DNA of 53,048 nt from a virus. Taxonomy: Duplodnaviria > Caudoviricetes. This document shows positions 37,834 to 46,853 of the stretch, in pieces. Each line of letters opens with the position of its first letter. The first letter of the stretch is position 1. Location of the stretch: IMG/VR virus record IMGVR_UViG_3300030090_003345, positions 1 through 53,048 of that record. One strand, written 5' to 3'. Both the position numbers and the translations under genes were made by a program. The notes beneath the pieces were generated by a model. It had not been told where the DNA came from. It saw only the letters and a list, made by a program, of their open reading frames with translations, and made no database searches.

Positions 37834-38301
37834 TCAAGTTCCAGTAGATACCGTTGCTGATTCTACGGGGTTAACAGAAACATCTGCTATGATTGCGTGT
37901 ACACGGAAACGCAAAGCAGTAGTTCCCGAAGATCCAGAATCAAGAACTGTGACTTGGATTGCGTCAGCAGAAGTAACCATGTTAACGCCAGTCGCTTTCA
38001 GATTAAACTGAATTATAGCGGCGGCATTAGAGGCACCTCCATCAACAAGTGAGTCTACATCTGTAGAGACACCTACATCCAAAGTGACGTTCGCGTTTCC
38101 AGACGCTTCCAAGACCTCTAGTGCACCACCGATAACGATGCTGTCAGCAGGTAGGTCGATTAGTTTTACCACATCGGAACCAGCAAGCGATGTGTTGTCC
38201 ACAGCATCATAAACTGGTGAAGTGATAACGTAAGGGCGTTGTACAACACCGGGATGACCAACAGTGCCACCCCCGGTAACGGTACGATCATAAGTAGCCA
38301 T
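37834..38301 (-). CDS. Putative capsid decoration / minor capsid protein
   Basis: 155-aa beta-rich protein directly after the major capsid gene. Confidence 0.6.
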   Translation of the reverse strand: MATYDRTVTGGGTVGHPGVVQRPYVITSPVYDAVDNTSLAGSDVVKLIDLPADSIVIGGALEVLEASGNANVTLDVGVSTDVDSLVDGGASNAAAIIQFNLKATGVNMVTSADAIQVTVLDSGSSGTTALRFRVHAIIADVSVNPVESATVSTGT

Positions 38302-38314
38302 TAATCATCTCCTA

Positions 38315-39319
38315 TTATGCAAAGTCGATAACGCCACGGACGATAGCCTCTGGACGTAATACTTTACGACCAAACACATGAAGTCCACGAACAATATCGC
38401 TAAAGCTTTCAGTTGAACGAACTACTTCTGTCTTTGCAATGTGTGAAGCTGTAGAAGTTGAGGACATATGTCCAGCAAGAACGACGTTTTCACTACCATC
38501 TGTAGCCAGTGTAGCTGTGGCATCAGTCAATACAATTTGATCTGTGCCGCCTGTAGAGTTAAGTGCAGTTGTCTTGTAACAAGCAAATCCAGCAATGTTA
38601 CCCTGCATAACTAGTCCGTTACGCAGTGGTGATGTTGCGTCACCTGTTACTTGTACTTCTGCAAATTTAGCTCCAGCACCAAACAGATTCTCGTAGAAAG
38701 CTGGGTTAGCTACAAACCAACGGTTTTCTTCTGGAATTGATTGATCATCCAACGCACGAGCCATAGCAAGCATTAGATTAATTGCATTGTCACCGTTGTT
38801 ACCCGCAACGTTAATTGGAGCATTTGCTGTTCCAAGGTTGGTGGCGTCTGTAGTAGTCAATGCAGATGGTGCTGTTGATCCTGTTGATAGTGAACCAGCG
38901 ATACCGGCCCCATCAGACATAGCTTGTAGAACATTGAAGTCATACTTACGCTTCAGTGCAAATGCACCAGAAGATGTAGCAAGAGCTTCAAAGTTGACGT
39001 GGCTCTGACGCTCTTCAATGTCGTCGATCTTAAATGCAAAAGCATTTGCTTGATCCACAACCATTGTGATCTGATCATCAGCAAGGTCTTGTGGGTTTAC
39101 CACAGCACCCCTAGTGTATGCTGATACAGTGAGCACAGGCTCTTTAATTATACGAACTGTGTCTCCAAAGTTTTCAATCTCACCAGCGTAATCAGTGTTG
39201 GTGATATCTTCCACGACAGAGGCACGACGGAAAAACTTCAGTACTTTCTGAGAATAAATTTCTGGTAGAAAGTTGCCTGAAGGTAAGTTGCCGTAGCCGG
39301 CGGCTGTACCTATAGCCAT
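38315..39319 (-). CDS. Major capsid protein
   Basis: FLPEIYSQKV, ITNTDYAGEI..FGDTV, FKIDDIE, DIVRGLHVFGRKVLRPEA. Confidence 0.92.
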   Translation of the reverse strand: MAIGTAAGYGNLPSGNFLPEIYSQKVLKFFRRASVVEDITNTDYAGEIENFGDTVRIIKEPVLTVSAYTRGAVVNPQDLADDQITMVVDQANAFAFKIDDIEERQSHVNFEALATSSGAFALKRKYDFNVLQAMSDGAGIAGSLSTGSTAPSALTTTDATNLGTANAPINVAGNNGDNAINLMLAMARALDDQSIPEENRWFVANPAFYENLFGAGAKFAEVQVTGDATSPLRNGLVMQGNIAGFACYKTTALNSTGGTDQIVLTDATATLATDGSENVVLAGHMSSTSTASHIAKTEVVRSTESFSDIVRGLHVFGRKVLRPEAIVRGVIDFA

Positions 39320-39347
39320 TGTATACTTCCTCGTTTGAGATAGTTAT

Positions 39348-40244
39348 TTATGAATTAAAGTTTATGCGGCCTTCCGCTCGTGCAGAATCTATTTCAGCTT
39401 CAAGCTTATCAAATTCCCACGGTTTTAATTTAGCAATTTCAGAAGCGTTCCAAACTCGTTTGTCATTGTCTTTTTCGTTAACAACGTCTTTAGCAGTTGG
39501 TTTTGTAATTGCTAAAGCAGGATCAGAACGTTTTGAACGTTGCTTTTTGTTTAAACCCTTGTCAGCCTTATACAAGTCAATTACACGGACTGCCCATTTA
39601 ACGTCGGTGTTATTTTTGTATATGCCATCTTGTAATGTTTGAGGCTGTTCATCTAACCACTGTAAAAAGGTTTCATCAGTTTTTAAAGTAACAAAATCAG
39701 GATGCACAGATAATAGTTCTTTGTACGCACTATTAATTTCTAGCTCTTTTTCTCGTCCTCGTAACTGTTCAATTTCACCTTTAAGAGAGTTAACTTTATT
39801 CTCTGCTTGCATGTGTGAAATTGTTTCAACAACTCCATAAACATCAGGATACTTTTGTTTGAACTGTTCAAGCTCTTCCGCAGTTTTAGGTAACTCTGTG
39901 ACAGAAATTCCGTCATTTTTACCGCTGTTTTGGTTAGCTACAAGTTCATCACGTTCCTGTTTCCACTCATCAAGTTTTGAATCATAGTGGCGTTTTAAAT
40001 CGTCGTAACGTTTTTTGTAGTTAGACTCAGATTCTTGCATCGGTTCAGCAAAACTTGTTTTATTGTCTGGAGTAGCCTCTTGTGCAGAGGGGTCCGACCC
40101 ACTAGTTGCTTCTTCTGATTCTTGAACCTCATCCTCATCTTTATAAACCTCCTCCCGGTATTTGCCACGATAAAGGTTTTCATCATTAATAGCACCAAAG
40201 CTATCGTTGGGTTTATTGGCACGGTGGCCTTTTTGTTTTGCCAT
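39348..40244 (-). CDS. Capsid scaffolding protein
   Basis: Acidic coiled coil; YKKRYDDLKRH; C-terminal EI..ARAEGRI; upstream of the capsid gene. Confidence 0.8.
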   Translation of the reverse strand: MAKQKGHRANKPNDSFGAINDENLYRGKYREEVYKDEDEVQESEEATSGSDPSAQEATPDNKTSFAEPMQESESNYKKRYDDLKRHYDSKLDEWKQERDELVANQNSGKNDGISVTELPKTAEELEQFKQKYPDVYGVVETISHMQAENKVNSLKGEIEQLRGREKELEINSAYKELLSVHPDFVTLKTDETFLQWLDEQPQTLQDGIYKNNTDVKWAVRVIDLYKADKGLNKKQRSKRSDPALAITKPTAKDVVNEKDNDKRVWNASEIAKLKPWEFDKLEAEIDSARAEGRINFNS

Positions 40245-40260
40245 TTTAATCTCCTATCTC

Positions 40261-40323
40261 ACGGGGCCTCATGGCTGAGGGTAGCCGTAGGTTACGGTGC
40301 CAGTGGAATTACTGGGTGGCCGT
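40261..40323 (-). promoter_or_regulatory. Tandem structured RNA hairpins in the scaffold leader
   Basis: ACGG-CCAC-CCAGT-loop-ACTGG-CA-CCGT and ACGG-CTAC-CCTCA-loop-TGAGG-CC-CCGT. Confidence 0.7.
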
Positions 40324-40345
40324 TTAAAAATTATATGTCTTTACG

Positions 40346-42775
40346 TTACGGTGCAATGCTAAGTTGGAGACGTACTTCCTTACCATTTTCATCGTAAAGC
40401 GAAGGTACATTACCAATACCCTCAGTCCGAACAATATCCATTATCCTTTCAAAAGCCCGGACAAATTCTTTTTCATCTGGAATTTGTTGACGGAGAATAC
40501 CGCCATACTTGTTATTTTCTAAATCAATTTTTGATTCTTTATTTATTGCTTGTAATTCACTTATGTCCATTTTTTTTGTTACAGGATTTAAAAAAGAGCC
40601 ACGAAGAGGGTTATCTTCACTATAAGCATCAATAGCGGATTGAGTTCCGTAAATGTGTTCTACTTCTTTAAAATCGGCGTATGCTCTTCCTAAAGGGCCG
40701 TAAAGTCCTCCTACTAAACCGTGCCTAAAAGTATCTTCAATTTTATCTGACGTGTTGTGCATTTCACGGTAATTTGTAGAATAGCTAAACGCTTTTTCCA
40801 TAGCGTCCGTATTTCTAGTAATAGCTGATCCAGCTTGCTCAAAGTAATTTAATAAACTTATGTTTGGATTTTTAAATTTACGGTAATGAGTAATGTCTTC
40901 TAAATCAAGTCTAGTATCCCCGCCCATAGCCGCACTTTGAACTGCTTGTTCTGGGGCTTGCCCATTTTCTTGAACACGCTTTTCAACCTCTGCTTTACCC
41001 CGGTTATTTATTTTATTTAATCTATCGTATCCAATTACTTTGGCTAGTTCAGGAGGTATCACAACTTCACCGCGTGAAACGGCTAAAGACACTAAGTCCT
41101 CTCTAGATATTTTAGTGTCATCTTGATTTATGTCAATACCTTGCTTTTCAGCTTCAGCGACAGCCTCTAATATCATTTTTTTAACATCGGCTGATCCCAT
41201 GAACTCAACAGCGGCGGCATTAAGAATAAAAGTTCCTTCTGGCACATCTATATTAACATCATCTGCTACAGTCATTCCCTCGGGTAATCCCTCAGGTTCT
41301 TGTCCTACAAACCCAGCTTGATTTACCACAGGAGCATCACTGGCTGGACCGACCGGGGCTTGTCCACCCTCTGCGAAAGGACTGCTGTAAGAAGCATCAC
41401 CTGCGGCATCTGCATCAGTTTGTCCTGTATCTCTTCCTCTATCACTATCGTCGTCTTGCCCTCCGATTAGTATTTCTTGGAATCTTTGATATTCTTCTGG
41501 TCTGTCTAAAGCGGCTTGTTGTACAGAAGCTTGAGCACGTTGTTCTAATCTATCTAAAGCACCTTTATTCTTTTGGGTATCTTCTTCAAGTTTATCTTCT
41601 GCAATCTTGCCCCGGATACTTTCAAATTGACTTTTTGGCATAACGCCAGTTCCGAAATTTGCTCTGCCTTGATTAACTGGTTTTCCGTCAGAGGTAGTAA
41701 CAGCACCTCCACTTCCAGTGGCATAGCCCGTAACTTCTCCGTCAACAATTACTTCCTTAGCAACCAACTCCCCATTACGTAACGCGTCTATTAACGTGTC
41801 ACTAACAGATTCACTCATACCTAAAGAGTTAATTACGTCTAACGTTTCTTCTTCACCGTATATATCATTTACTAATCCTAGATGAGCTTTAATATCCCGA
41901 GGAGTTGTAGCTGTTTCGCCTTTACTGTTTACAAACTTTCCATCCTCTGTAAGTCCCCCAGAACCATAGACAAAAGCTTTTAATTCTTTTCCGAACCCCT
42001 TTGTTCCAGCTTTTTTATTAAAGTCCACAGTTTTTGGGTCGTACCCCAAGTTTGCGGCGTAACGGTTAAGCATCATTTGAGGGTCGCCGCTAAACGTTCC
42101 CAACACTCCAAACCCTAATGATATATTTGCAGTAAGTTTTTGAGGAACAATCGATAGTAATTGACCTTTATGATAAAATTGATGATATCCCGGTTGGTTT
42201 TGCTGTATTTTATCGTAAACATCGTACTGTTTGCGGAGGTTCATTCGGGATATTGACCCTAACATTCCTAGGGGAACAAACACCTCTTTTCCGTAGGGGT
42301 CGTACGCAGTTGTTCCTCCTATAAGGTCGGGTAAAAAAGGCACAGGCGGGGCTACAGATAAAGCCGTGCTGTATAAAACATCTGATGTTTCTTTACGGGG
42401 GTCGCCAAACATTCCAAAACCCCTGACTGCTGTGCTATCAGCCGTTGCCGCTTCTCCTCGCGTTATCCCTCTTGCAACAAGTTCATTTAAAGTAGAATCT
42501 GCGGTAGACTTGACAGTGCCATCAGGTTCCATAGCAAAACTTCCCGTGGCAAAAGGGGAAGTACCAGTAACTCCGGTTAAATCTTGGAATCTAATAGGGC
42601 CTACATCAGATCCAGAAACACTTACCCCACTGTCGTCGGTGGAAATAGTTTCACCTTGCACTGGTGGGGTTGGCAGTTTTTCAAAAAACCGTCGCTGTGC
42701 CCGTCGTGCTCTTCTACCCCGCATAAGGGTATCGTACACTGAGTATTGTGATGCTAAATTACTTACCCGCGCCAT
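40346..42775 (-). CDS. Head-module protein with a distinct C-terminal DxFRH...DLxNN domain
   Basis: 809 aa; ADDV...EGTFILNAAAV and GEVVIP motifs; C-terminal DTFRH...DLENNKYG. Confidence 0.7.
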   Translation of the reverse strand: MARVSNLASQYSVYDTLMRGRRARRAQRRFFEKLPTPPVQGETISTDDSGVSVSGSDVGPIRFQDLTGVTGTSPFATGSFAMEPDGTVKSTADSTLNELVARGITRGEAATADSTAVRGFGMFGDPRKETSDVLYSTALSVAPPVPFLPDLIGGTTAYDPYGKEVFVPLGMLGSISRMNLRKQYDVYDKIQQNQPGYHQFYHKGQLLSIVPQKLTANISLGFGVLGTFSGDPQMMLNRYAANLGYDPKTVDFNKKAGTKGFGKELKAFVYGSGGLTEDGKFVNSKGETATTPRDIKAHLGLVNDIYGEEETLDVINSLGMSESVSDTLIDALRNGELVAKEVIVDGEVTGYATGSGGAVTTSDGKPVNQGRANFGTGVMPKSQFESIRGKIAEDKLEEDTQKNKGALDRLEQRAQASVQQAALDRPEEYQRFQEILIGGQDDDSDRGRDTGQTDADAAGDASYSSPFAEGGQAPVGPASDAPVVNQAGFVGQEPEGLPEGMTVADDVNIDVPEGTFILNAAAVEFMGSADVKKMILEAVAEAEKQGIDINQDDTKISREDLVSLAVSRGEVVIPPELAKVIGYDRLNKINNRGKAEVEKRVQENGQAPEQAVQSAAMGGDTRLDLEDITHYRKFKNPNISLLNYFEQAGSAITRNTDAMEKAFSYSTNYREMHNTSDKIEDTFRHGLVGGLYGPLGRAYADFKEVEHIYGTQSAIDAYSEDNPLRGSFLNPVTKKMDISELQAINKESKIDLENNKYGGILRQQIPDEKEFVRAFERIMDIVRTEGIGNVPSLYDENGKEVRLQLSIAP

Positions 42776-42992
42776 TAGACACTACCTTATTATGATTTTC
42801 TTTAAGTGATAGAAGGGTTTCCAGTAAAACCATCTTCCCCTGCAACTGGAACATTTCCCGTTCCGATTGTGCCGTCACCAACCCCCGAAGCGTCAACTGG
42901 TGGAGGTCCTGAAGATACTGGGTTAGAGCCTCCCATGACTGTGGGTGATTGATTAGGGGCGACACCCTCTGGGCTTGGTCCTTGTTGAGCAC
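42759..42992 (-). CDS. Small head-module protein overprinted on the portal 3' end
   Basis: GAGGT SD 7 nt before GTG; W..L..YL...MFQLQGK..LLETLL helical pattern; stop overlaps the next start. Confidence 0.65.
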   Translation of the reverse strand: MLNKDQAQRVSPLINHPQSWEALTQYLQDLHQLTLRGLVTAQSEREMFQLQGKMVLLETLLSLKENHNKVVSNGAGK

Positions 42993-44889
42993 CTTGTATA
43001 CCTCTTAATATTTCTGCGTATAATTGAGCTTCATCTAAACTATTAACAAGTTGATCTGGATCAATGTCTTGTGCTATTGCAATTTCTCTCACTAAATTTG
43101 GTAATTTAATAAATGGTGCAAGAGTGGGGTTTGCCACTGTTTGCAGTAATGAAGTTAAACGCTGGGTTCGCACTTCTTTTTGCATTACAGCCGCAGTGCC
43201 ACGAGGTTTAATTTCTAAATCACCAACAATATCGGGTTGGGAATCATTGAATTGCATGTTCCATTGGAAGAGAGATTCTCCTAACGGTTTTAACAAGTAA
43301 TCATCAATATTTTTAATTACAGTTTTTATTGATGCTGAACCAGATTGTAAGAGCATAGAAAGACCAGAGGCCGTTCTCCCAGTTCCAGTGACCCCTGTCT
43401 GACCGTGCATGATGCTAGGGATACCTGTCTCTTCATCAGCAAGCTGACGCGATATTTGATACATCTGAATGTTTTCTGGTGCGGTGTTTGGAAACTTCAG
43501 TCCATTAATTGCCGTTCCAGTTACACCGGACTGCCGTCTAAATATTTTACCCGGGAAAATATCAAAGTTTTGACCGGGGACAAGGCTAGCTTCATCAACA
43601 TCAAATACGAGGTTACCAGCAAGTGCTAAGTTATCAATAGCCATCCGAACATGACCATTCATTAGCATCTGTGCATCTTCCATGTTTTCAGCTACACCTA
43701 CTCCCCAAATTTGGTAAGGATTAATTTCATACGGGAAAGCAAAAAACGGTATACGTGCTGGGGTAAAAGGATTTAATACACAACGTAAAACTTGTGTGCC
43801 ACACACCCAAGCGTTTACCTGCACCTGATCTAACTCACTGATATTTTCGGGTAAATCTAGACCTACTTCATACGCAAATTTAGAATCTAAAACACCCCAA
43901 TACTCTAGAACTTCATATCTATTCTCTTGGTAATACGGCTCTGTTTCATCTTCTCTAATAGTATCCTCGTAATACTTGTCCTCATAATTAGGACCTTTCA
44001 CTATTACTTCAGCTATTGCTTCTTCATTAAAGTAAGGTAGGTTAGTCAAATTACGTAGCTGTTGACGATTTAAACGGTGCCGTTGAATGACATATTCACA
44101 ATCGTCTATGCTAGTGGCTGAGGGGTCTGGATGGAAATCCCAACATGAAACATACTCAAAGCGGGGAACAACCTTTTCCATAGGATCGTACATCCTTTCC
44201 TCGCCTTCACGAGACCATCGGTGTACTTTTTTGTAGTAATTTAGAGGGCCTTTGATAATACCTGTGCCAAGTAAAGCAGACTCAAAGACTGCGTTACGGA
44301 GAACATTTACTGCGTTAGTATCTAATAGTTGATCGTGCATTGTCTTTTCTAAAAGACGTGCTGATTCTGAAGCAGGTTCTACTTGAGGACCTCCATCCTT
44401 AGATGGCCCCTCTACAGCCCCTGTTGCTTCATATGGACCTAACCTAGTTGCTCCCGGCTCTAACTCCCTGCCATCTCCCGGATATCCGAACGGATCAATA
44501 AGTTCATCAATCGGGGATGGTGCGTGTGCAAATTCTGCAATTCCTTCTGGAACCGGGGTTGGTTCAACGACTATAGGGAATTTTTTATTTGCAAAAAGAA
44601 TATCTACAATAGCACCATACGCGGCTAACACTTTTGTTTTAGTTATTTTAATAAATACCCGGGACCGTTCTGATTCTCGGTATTGAGTCGATGAATCGTA
44701 GTAGCCCCGAAAATTTTTATATGCCGTTAACCAACGTTGTTCAAAACTTCTGCGTCCGTTTTCAGAGTCTTCAAATTTATTTTGAATATACCCGGCTAAA
44801 CCGGGCATTTGCTCTCTTGCATCCGCTATATCTACAGAAGTTTCGTCGTCAGTTAGCTGTGCAAAACCACCTTCAGTACCGTAGGACAT
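42802..44889 (-). CDS. Portal protein
   Basis: 695 aa; KITKTKVLAAYG, LGTGIIKGP, WDFHPDP, GVGVAENM; head-module position. Confidence 0.88.
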   Translation of the reverse strand: MSYGTEGGFAQLTDDETSVDIADAREQMPGLAGYIQNKFEDSENGRRSFEQRWLTAYKNFRGYYDSSTQYRESERSRVFIKITKTKVLAAYGAIVDILFANKKFPIVVEPTPVPEGIAEFAHAPSPIDELIDPFGYPGDGRELEPGATRLGPYEATGAVEGPSKDGGPQVEPASESARLLEKTMHDQLLDTNAVNVLRNAVFESALLGTGIIKGPLNYYKKVHRWSREGEERMYDPMEKVVPRFEYVSCWDFHPDPSATSIDDCEYVIQRHRLNRQQLRNLTNLPYFNEEAIAEVIVKGPNYEDKYYEDTIREDETEPYYQENRYEVLEYWGVLDSKFAYEVGLDLPENISELDQVQVNAWVCGTQVLRCVLNPFTPARIPFFAFPYEINPYQIWGVGVAENMEDAQMLMNGHVRMAIDNLALAGNLVFDVDEASLVPGQNFDIFPGKIFRRQSGVTGTAINGLKFPNTAPENIQMYQISRQLADEETGIPSIMHGQTGVTGTGRTASGLSMLLQSGSASIKTVIKNIDDYLLKPLGESLFQWNMQFNDSQPDIVGDLEIKPRGTAAVMQKEVRTQRLTSLLQTVANPTLAPFIKLPNLVREIAIAQDIDPDQLVNSLDEAQLYAEILRGIQGAQQGPSPEGVAPNQSPTVMGGSNPVSSGPPPVDASGVGDGTIGTGNVPVAGEDGFTGNPSIT

Positions 44890-44895
44890 AGTTAA

Positions 44896-45105
44896 TTATC
44901 CGTATAGAGAGTTATCGTCAGCCATTGTAAATAAAGAGGCATCTACTGTTGTTTTAGTTTGTACTTTAGGTGCATCTTCTGTTAAAACGTCTGTTTTAGC
45001 CTTTGTGTCGAACTCTAGTCCTTCACGATAAAGATTGTTTTCTCCTACATTTGTATCCACTGTCTGCTTGTCAGCATTCATAATTTGTGCTTCACCATAG
45101 TTCAT
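44896..45105 (-). CDS. Small acidic hypothetical protein
   Basis: AGGAG SD; ATGA overlap. Confidence 0.7.
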   Translation of the reverse strand: MNYGEAQIMNADKQTVDTNVGENNLYREGLEFDTKAKTDVLTEDAPKVQTKTTVDASLFTMADDNSLYG

Positions 45106-46853
45106 GGCTGTATTCTCCTTTGCTCATCAAATAGTTCACGCATTTGCGCTTCTTGCTCAGTCTCTGATAGAAACTGCTCTTTTGTTTGTTCTGCAATATC
45201 GGCAGTTTCTTCAGCAACTAAACTCCCCACATCTTTTGCGGTAACCGCAAGACCATATGGAGTAAATTCCTCTGCACCAAACTCTAGAGCTTTTTGCCCA
45301 TAAGCTAAGAAAGGTGCTCTGCCCTCTTCAATCAACTCCTCTGCTTCTGCCTTTTTTGTAGTAGCGGCGAGTCCTACTCCGACTACAGGTAAACCTCCTA
45401 CGATAGTTTTTGTTGTTTTAGAATCTATTAAATTTAAAAGAGCTTGTTTTATATCCCTTGCCTCGCCATCAGACATTTCGTATTTAGAGGGAGCCTCTTT
45501 TGCTGATTTTGGAGTTTTTGTGGTTTGAGAAGTTTCTATTTCTGTGGGTTTTGCCAAATCTGGATTAGCGTCTAGTAGTCGTTGATTTTCTTCTCTTATT
45601 TTAAGCGTAGCCGCTGTAATTTCTTCTCTACGTTTCTCTAAAGAACCCGGGACAGTTTCTTGATATTTTTGTACCGAATCTAAATTAACTTCCATAGACT
45701 GAGTTCTTGGCACAGAACCACTGCCCTCTTCAGGTAATGAATCTAAAAAGTCGTCACCAAGAGATGGTACAATTTCATCGTCAGTAAGAATAGCTAAAGA
45801 AGGTACAATCCGACGCGCATCTTCATTAATGTACGTTTCAGGAACGCCTACATCTGCAAGATACTGACCCAAACTTGTGGTTTCGCTGTACCCCACTACT
45901 TTTGCATCTGCTAAATTAAGAGCACTTTTTATTCTAGCTAATTTAGTTTTTGTTTTTACGTATTTTTCTTGTTCTGTAACACCTGCACGACCGGCTACAA
46001 ATTTTTTGTCTGCCGCAGAAAAGTTGCTTTCATCCAAAATAGTTTCAGCATTATTTCTTAAATCACTTAAAGTAAAAGGTTTAGAAGTTGTTAAACCGTC
46101 AATGTCCTCGTATACAGAAGGAGATACTCCTGCTTTTAATGCCGCATTTACGTTAGCATCTAGAGTGTCTTTATTTGGAAACAATGGACCTGATGTTCTA
46201 TTTTCTAGTGCCATCTCTACAAAAGCTCTAGCACCGGGACGAAGAAACACTTCTTTTAATTGTTTTGATTTTCCTTCTACAAAGGTTAATCGGCCTGTAT
46301 TAGAATCGTAATTTTCAATAACTGCATTCGATAAGTCAGTTTGACGCAACCCTGAAAACAGTTTTATACCTAAATAAGCTTTTTCCTGTCCCTCTAAATT
46401 AGTTAGCACATCCTTTATTTGTTTATACTGGTCACCGGGCTGGCCTATTAAAGTTAGACGAGCACGATAGTATTTATATCCCGATATAGTTTGCCAATCG
46501 TCCCCCATATACTGCTTTAAACGAGCTTGCATGTTAGGAAAATCACGTAATCCTGCATCATTAAACACTGCGTTAAGGCGAACAAGCGCGGTTTGCATAC
46601 CGGAACGTTTTCCGGTTAGTTTTTTAGAAAAAGGACTATCTTCAACAAATTCAGCTATGTACGGGCTATCGTCTAGATTGTCTATGGGCGTTTCCAAAAG
46701 GTCTATACCCTGACTAGTTTTAAAGCCTTCCATTTCTTTGATAATTTTACCAACTTCAGATTTTACTCCTTTCTTATCGGTATTTTGTGCGTGAATTTCT
46801 AAATTTTCACGCAACGTTTTCTTTCTGAGTTCTGCCTTTTTTAATTTAGCCAT
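45102..46853 (-). CDS. Tyrosine-recombinase-fold protein with atypical active site and long C-terminal extension
   Basis: SGLRQTDL (box I Arg), EGKSK, PLFP, SDLR (HxxR position), AGR and EKY (box II). Confidence 0.65.
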   Translation of the reverse strand: MAKLKKAELRKKTLRENLEIHAQNTDKKGVKSEVGKIIKEMEGFKTSQGIDLLETPIDNLDDSPYIAEFVEDSPFSKKLTGKRSGMQTALVRLNAVFNDAGLRDFPNMQARLKQYMGDDWQTISGYKYYRARLTLIGQPGDQYKQIKDVLTNLEGQEKAYLGIKLFSGLRQTDLSNAVIENYDSNTGRLTFVEGKSKQLKEVFLRPGARAFVEMALENRTSGPLFPNKDTLDANVNAALKAGVSPSVYEDIDGLTTSKPFTLSDLRNNAETILDESNFSAADKKFVAGRAGVTEQEKYVKTKTKLARIKSALNLADAKVVGYSETTSLGQYLADVGVPETYINEDARRIVPSLAILTDDEIVPSLGDDFLDSLPEEGSGSVPRTQSMEVNLDSVQKYQETVPGSLEKRREEITAATLKIREENQRLLDANPDLAKPTEIETSQTTKTPKSAKEAPSKYEMSDGEARDIKQALLNLIDSKTTKTIVGGLPVVGVGLAATTKKAEAEELIEEGRAPFLAYGQKALEFGAEEFTPYGLAVTAKDVGSLVAEETADIAEQTKEQFLSETEQEAQMRELFDEQRRIQP

